A stretch of 64,000 nt of DNA from an uncultured candidate division Zixibacteria bacterium. GTDB taxonomy: Bacteria > Zixibacteria > MSB-5A5 > GN15 > PGXB01. Made by a program: the position numbers and the translations under genes. The stretch is taken from positions 3,840,001-3,904,000 of the forward strand of contig OY969724.1 in NCBI GenBank assembly GCA_963702205.1. Direction: 5' to 3'. The notes beneath the pieces are model-generated. The model was not told the origin of the DNA. It saw nothing but the letters and a program-made list of their open reading frames with translations, and did not search any database. Of the stretch, positions 59,893 through 64,000 are shown piece after piece; position 1 is the first letter of the stretch; each line of letters opens with the position of its first letter.

Positions 59893-59964
59893 TGTTGCAT
59901 CCGACACAAATTGCAACATAATATTCGTTGCACCTCAACAACAACGTTGCATTATACGCAACGT
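59893..59964. promoter_or_regulatory. Putative upstream activator sites for the sigma54 activator
   Basis: TGTTGCA-N12-TGCAACA (59893-59918) and ACGTTGC-N7-GCAACGT (59944-59964) dyads, 60-135 nt upstream of the -24/-12 site. Confidence 0.6.
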
Positions 59965-60026
59965 ATAAAATCTAACATATATCACATCTTATTATATATC
60001 AATGTCTTACTGATAAGCCAAAATCA

Positions 60027-60042
60027 TGGCACGTTAGATGCT
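60027..60042 (+). promoter_or_regulatory. sigma54 (-24/-12) promoter
   Basis: TGGCACGTTAGATGCT, with exact GG-N10-GC spacing. Confidence 0.85.
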
Positions 60043-60057
60043 TATTGATGCATCGAT

Positions 60058-60819
60058 ATGTGCAACAAAATTCTTATACCTGACTTAAACGGCAACATCG
60101 CTCCCTGCTTTGAAGCCGCCACGAAATTCCTGTTGGTAGACATCAAAGGCGGAAAATCTATATCGCACAAAAAGATTACCTGTACCGGTGAAGGTGGTTT
60201 TCGCCGAATTCGCCTGATCCGCCTCCATGACGTCGACACACTCATCTGCAGCGGTATCGGCGGCTTTTACCGGGACCTGCTCAACAATATGCATATCGAA
60301 TTGATTTCCGATGTAAGCATGAAAATGGATGAAGCGATTGAGGGCTATCTCGATGGGCGGATCAAGCCCGATCAAAACCGTCGCGATAACGGCCGACGGC
60401 TGCATCACACCGCGTTAAGCGATTTGGTCAACTGGACCAGAACATTTTTCGAAAGGCGCGGGTTTATGGTCAGTCAGGGGCCGGGGCAGGATTCTTTTTT
60501 GATCGACCTCGTTGCGGAAAGACTTTGTCCTGTATGCGGGAAATCCATAAAGATCGCCGTCTGCTGCGGCGCGCACACATACCGCATGGATCAGGAAATC
60601 AGGGAATTTCATTTCTGCGCCAAAAATGATTATAACGCCAAAGTATACGTCTGCCCCGAGAACGAATCCGCGGCCGAACGCTGCCGTGAATACAATATCG
60701 AATACATGAAATACAATCCCGAGCTGCAGGACGAAATTAAGAGCCAGTATTCAACCGCGCCGATCCTGCACTTTCCCATTTCCGGGCACGAAAGACTGAA
60801 CGTGCAGAGAGACATTTAA
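60058..60819 (+). CDS. NifB/NifX (FeMo-co-binding-like) domain fused to a Cys-rich C-terminal domain
   Basis: IAPCFE and DVDTLICSGIG motifs; C-terminal CPVC and AVCCGAH. Confidence 0.7.
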   Translation: MCNKILIPDLNGNIAPCFEAATKFLLVDIKGGKSISHKKITCTGEGGFRRIRLIRLHDVDTLICSGIGGFYRDLLNNMHIELISDVSMKMDEAIEGYLDGRIKPDQNRRDNGRRLHHTALSDLVNWTRTFFERRGFMVSQGPGQDSFLIDLVAERLCPVCGKSIKIAVCCGAHTYRMDQEIREFHFCAKNDYNAKVYVCPENESAAERCREYNIEYMKYNPELQDEIKSQYSTAPILHFPISGHERLNVQRDI

Positions 60820-60856
60820 ACGAATGACAACAATTAAGAAATACAACGGAGAATAA

Positions 60857-62320
60857 ATGAGAACACGACCAATCACGCCCGACGAACGACAACGGGCTTT
60901 CAAACCGACCAAAAAGCCGGAGGTGGTCGAGAGACAAAAGCTGGACGTGCGCTATCATGTCGAGAATTACGATACCACCGATCGTCCGCGCCGTTTTCTC
61001 GAAGCCTTCGCGGCCATATTAAAACATTCCAACTATCAAATGGCGCTGGATCATTTCATCCGTATGAGCGCCAAATGTTCGCGTTGCGCCACGACCTGCC
61101 AGGTGTATCAGGCGACGCAGAATCTCAAGGACATACCCTGTTACCGCTCCGAACTTCTGCTCGGCGTGTACCGTCGCTATTTTACGATGGGCGGCGTGCT
61201 GCGCGGACATATCGGCGACAACAAATACCTGACCGATGAAAAAATCGAAGAGATGGCGGATAGCTTCTACAACTGTACCGCCTGTCGTCGCTGCTCGATG
61301 GAATGCCCGTCGGGTATCGACCACGCTCTGGTTACCCACCTCGGACGATATATCCTGAGCGAAATCGGCATATCGCCGCGCGCGCTGGTGGTCAGCACCC
61401 GCGAGCAGCTCGAAGGCGCCACGGGTAATACCTCGGCCATCCCCGTCCCGGCCCTGACCGACACCCTTGAGTTTCTCGAAGAGGACATGCTCGAAGAAAA
61501 GGGTGTCGAAATCAAATTCCCGATGGACGTCGAAGGCGCCGAATACGCTTTTTTCCCGGCTGTCAGTGACTTCCTGATGGAAGCCGAGACGCTGATGGGC
61601 ATCGCGGCTGTTTTCACGGCCACCGGTGATTCCTGGACGACCGGCACCGGCTACTTTGATGGCATCAACTACGGCCTTTTTTACAGCGACCGGATTCTGG
61701 AGCGGGTAGTCAAAAAAATCGACGCCGAAACCCGCCGCCTGCAAGCGAAAAAAGTCCTTATCGGTGAGTGCGGCCACGCTTCAAGATCCGCCAAGTACTT
61801 CCTTCCGACCTACTGCGGCGGCAAGGATGCGTACCCCGTTATCAACATCATGGAATACACGTACAAAGTCTGGAAAGAGGGTCGTCTCAAACTCGATCCC
61901 AACGTCGTGACGGAAAAAGTGGCCTATCACGATCCGTGCAACATTGCCCGCCAGCGCTGGATTATCAACCAGCCGCGCGAGCTATTGCAAGCGTTTTGCA
62001 GGAACTATGTCGAAATGACGCCCAACGGCGAAAACAACATCTGTTGCGGCGGGGGCGGTGGGACGGTTTCGATCGACGAAATCCGCCCGTACCGCACGAC
62101 CGTCGGGGGCAAGCTCAAAGCCGACCAGATCAGGAGATCGGGATGCAACATTCTCGTGGCTCCCTGCGCCAACTGCAAAAAGCAGCTGCGGGAGCTGGTC
62201 GAGGATCAGGGCATCGACTGCGAAGTGGTCGGTCTGCACGACCTTCTGTATAAAGCCATCATATTTGATGAATCACTGAAAGTTAAAACACCGGATGAAA
62301 ATAAAGAGGAGTCGCAATAA
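60857..62320 (+). CDS. HdrD/DsrK/HmcF-like Fe-S protein with CCG domain
   Basis: CSRCATTC, CTACRRCSMECP, ECGH, YHDPCN, CCGGGGG and PCANC motifs. Confidence 0.88.
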   Translation: MRTRPITPDERQRAFKPTKKPEVVERQKLDVRYHVENYDTTDRPRRFLEAFAAILKHSNYQMALDHFIRMSAKCSRCATTCQVYQATQNLKDIPCYRSELLLGVYRRYFTMGGVLRGHIGDNKYLTDEKIEEMADSFYNCTACRRCSMECPSGIDHALVTHLGRYILSEIGISPRALVVSTREQLEGATGNTSAIPVPALTDTLEFLEEDMLEEKGVEIKFPMDVEGAEYAFFPAVSDFLMEAETLMGIAAVFTATGDSWTTGTGYFDGINYGLFYSDRILERVVKKIDAETRRLQAKKVLIGECGHASRSAKYFLPTYCGGKDAYPVINIMEYTYKVWKEGRLKLDPNVVTEKVAYHDPCNIARQRWIINQPRELLQAFCRNYVEMTPNGENNICCGGGGGTVSIDEIRPYRTTVGGKLKADQIRRSGCNILVAPCANCKKQLRELVEDQGIDCEVVGLHDLLYKAIIFDESLKVKTPDENKEESQ

Positions 62321-62322
62321 AG

Positions 62323-63027
62323 ATGGAGGCGTACTTATCATTTGCCAGAGGACCGCTGTTTCGCCTGTCGCTGGCGGTAATGTTGCTCGGCCTGGCCCGG
62401 ATATTCTTCCTCGATTTATTGTCCGCCTACCAGGCCTGGCGCAGGGCGGGCGACAAATCGATCCCGTGGAAACTGGTCATCTCACGAGGACTGGAATGGC
62501 TGTTCCCCGTCAAACGGGTGCTGCACAATCGACCGTTATATTCGATATTTTCGATACTTTTTCATATCGGGCTGCTGCTGGTGCCGATATTCCTTTTTGC
62601 CCACGTCCAGCTCTGGAAAGGTGTTCTCGGTTTCAGCTGGCCGACGCTGCCGTACAAAGTCGCGTACTGGTTGACCATAAGTACGATCGCATTCGCCGTT
62701 CTGCTTCTTTTGGGCCGGGCCCTCAGTAAGACGTCGAGCTTCATAAGCCGCAAACAGGACTATCTCTGGCCGCTGCTTTTGCTGGTTCCGTTCGTGACCG
62801 GATTCGTCTGCGCCCACGCGGGCGTATCGCCGGACAATTACCAGGCTTTCATGCTGATGCATATATTATCAGCCGAACTGATATTTGTCCTGATACCGTT
62901 CACGAAAATCGCGCACTGCGTTCTTATGCCGCTGTCACAGATGATCACCACGCTGGCCTGGAAGTTCCCTCCGGAAACCGACGACGCCGTCTGCACCACG
63001 CTTAACAAGAAAGGAGCCCCGGTATGA
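62323..63027 (+). CDS. NarI/DsrM/HmcE-like membrane cytochrome b
   Basis: About 5 TM helices; FHIG..AHV and HILSAE..PFTKIAH heme-b His pattern. Confidence 0.85.
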   Translation: MEAYLSFARGPLFRLSLAVMLLGLARIFFLDLLSAYQAWRRAGDKSIPWKLVISRGLEWLFPVKRVLHNRPLYSIFSILFHIGLLLVPIFLFAHVQLWKGVLGFSWPTLPYKVAYWLTISTIAFAVLLLLGRALSKTSSFISRKQDYLWPLLLLVPFVTGFVCAHAGVSPDNYQAFMLMHILSAELIFVLIPFTKIAHCVLMPLSQMITTLAWKFPPETDDAVCTTLNKKGAPV

Positions 63028-63794
63028 GCAAGGCTATCCTGACCGACGTCACCAGGTGCATCGGTTGTCTGGAATGCGTCGCCGCCTGCAAGGTCGCCAA
63101 TCACCTCGGGCTCGACGAGCCCCGGACGTGGCAGAAAAACGACGGTCTTTCGGCGGTCAACTGGACGTCGATCGTACAAACCCCGGAAAATCGGTTTGTC
63201 CGCAAGCAGTGTCGTCACTGCCTCGAACCGGCTTGTGCCTCGGCCTGCCCGGTAGGTGCACTGCACACGACCAAACTCGGAGCGGTCGTCTACGACAGTG
63301 ATAAATGCCTCGGCTGTCGTTATTGCATGATGGCTTGTCCATACGGTATCCCGCGCTACGATTGGGATTCGGCGGTACCGTACGTCAGAAAGTGCATTCT
63401 CTGTTTCGATAGAATAAAAGAAGGACAGCAGCCTGCCTGCACCGGGGTCTGCCCGACCGGCGCGACCATATTCGGCGAACGCGACGAACTGATCGCCCTG
63501 GCGCACAAGCAGATCAAAGACAACCCCGGCAAGTACATCGATAAAATCTGGGGCGAGCACGAAGTCGGCGGCACTTCGGTCCTTTACCTGTCCGACGTCG
63601 ACCTCGATTTCCTCGCCTACAAACCCAAACTCGACGCCTCCGGATTGCCGGCCACGACCGGCCCGGCGATGAAGGCGGTTCCGTTCGCTTTCGTCGGCAT
63701 GGGTGCCGTCATGTACAGCATCAACTGGATTGTCCGCCGCCGGAACGAACTGGCCAAACCCAAAGACGATCAGGAGGACAAGACTCATGGATAG
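63024..63794 (+). CDS. HybA/HmcB-like four-cluster Fe-S subunit with C-terminal TM anchor
   Basis: CIGCLECVAAC, CRHCLEPACASACP, CLGCRYCMMACP, CILC..PACTGVCP and GEHEVGGT motifs. Confidence 0.9.
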   Translation: MSKAILTDVTRCIGCLECVAACKVANHLGLDEPRTWQKNDGLSAVNWTSIVQTPENRFVRKQCRHCLEPACASACPVGALHTTKLGAVVYDSDKCLGCRYCMMACPYGIPRYDWDSAVPYVRKCILCFDRIKEGQQPACTGVCPTGATIFGERDELIALAHKQIKDNPGKYIDKIWGEHEVGGTSVLYLSDVDLDFLAYKPKLDASGLPATTGPAMKAVPFAFVGMGAVMYSINWIVRRRNELAKPKDDQEDKTHG

Positions 63795-64000
63795 AGTACA
63801 AAAGTTCAAGATTATCCTCTGGTCGATTCTGGGCGTCGCCGCCGCCGTCGGCATTACCCGGTTCCTGTTCGGACTGGGCGCCACCACCAACCTGACCGAT
63901 GCCACCCCGTGGGGGCTGTGGATCGGGTTTGACGTTATGGGCGGTGTTGCCCTCGCCGCGGGCGGATTCGTCCTGACCGCCATCTTTTACATTTTCAAAC
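63787..64000 (+). CDS. NrfD/HybB/HmcC-family membrane subunit (partial, runs off the window)
   Basis: Hand-translated: MDRVQKFKIILW..RFLFGLGATTNLTDATPWGLWIGFDVMGGVALAAGGF. Confidence 0.88.
   Translation, partial: MDRVQKFKIILWSILGVAAAVGITRFLFGLGATTNLTDATPWGLWIGFDVMGGVALAAGGFVLTAIFYIFK

Noticed and set aside
62838..63983. 381-aa minus-strand ORF and the many other short overlapping ORFs
   Set aside because: Antisense or alternate-frame shadows of motif-supported genes in GC-rich sequence.

Overview
Bacterial genomic window, moderately GC-rich with AT-rich patches. Several exported proteins end in a [18 protein letters not shown] dockerin-like module; this and the diderm features (beta-barrels, RND, lipoproteins) suggest candidate phylum Zixibacteria, by inference only. 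Contents in order: a partial beta-helix protein, a REP-like hairpin cluster, a C10 cysteine peptidase, TauE, a frameshifted LTA-synthase/sulfatase, an IPT-dockerin protein, an AT-rich PD-(D/E)xK-like gene split by a complete IS256 (8-bp target duplication), a Zn alcohol dehydrogenase and a Ser/Thr kinase + beta-barrel pair. Then comes the most interesting locus (18.7-25.5 kb): ECF sigma, ZAS anti-sigma-like protein, TPR-CHAT caspase-family protease, exported S8 protease, a candidate structured sRNA and a DUF5666-like lipoprotein, tied together by three exact copies of a putative ECF promoter GAACGA-N16-CTCTGT. After it: a GNAT/ACP/FabG/acyl-ligase/deacetylase cluster, a 4-module beta-helix protein, GH15 and an RND pair. 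Next is a five-gene candidate trans-envelope electron conduit (His-rich membrane protein, 20- and 22-heme cytochromes, beta-barrel, permuted Fe-S flavoprotein). The window ends with an ECF42/YciI cluster, two oxidoreductases, an LRR lipoprotein and a sigma54-controlled Hmc-like redox operon that runs off the end. No rRNA, tRNA or CRISPR array was seen. All calls rest on motif recognition by eye; no searches were run.
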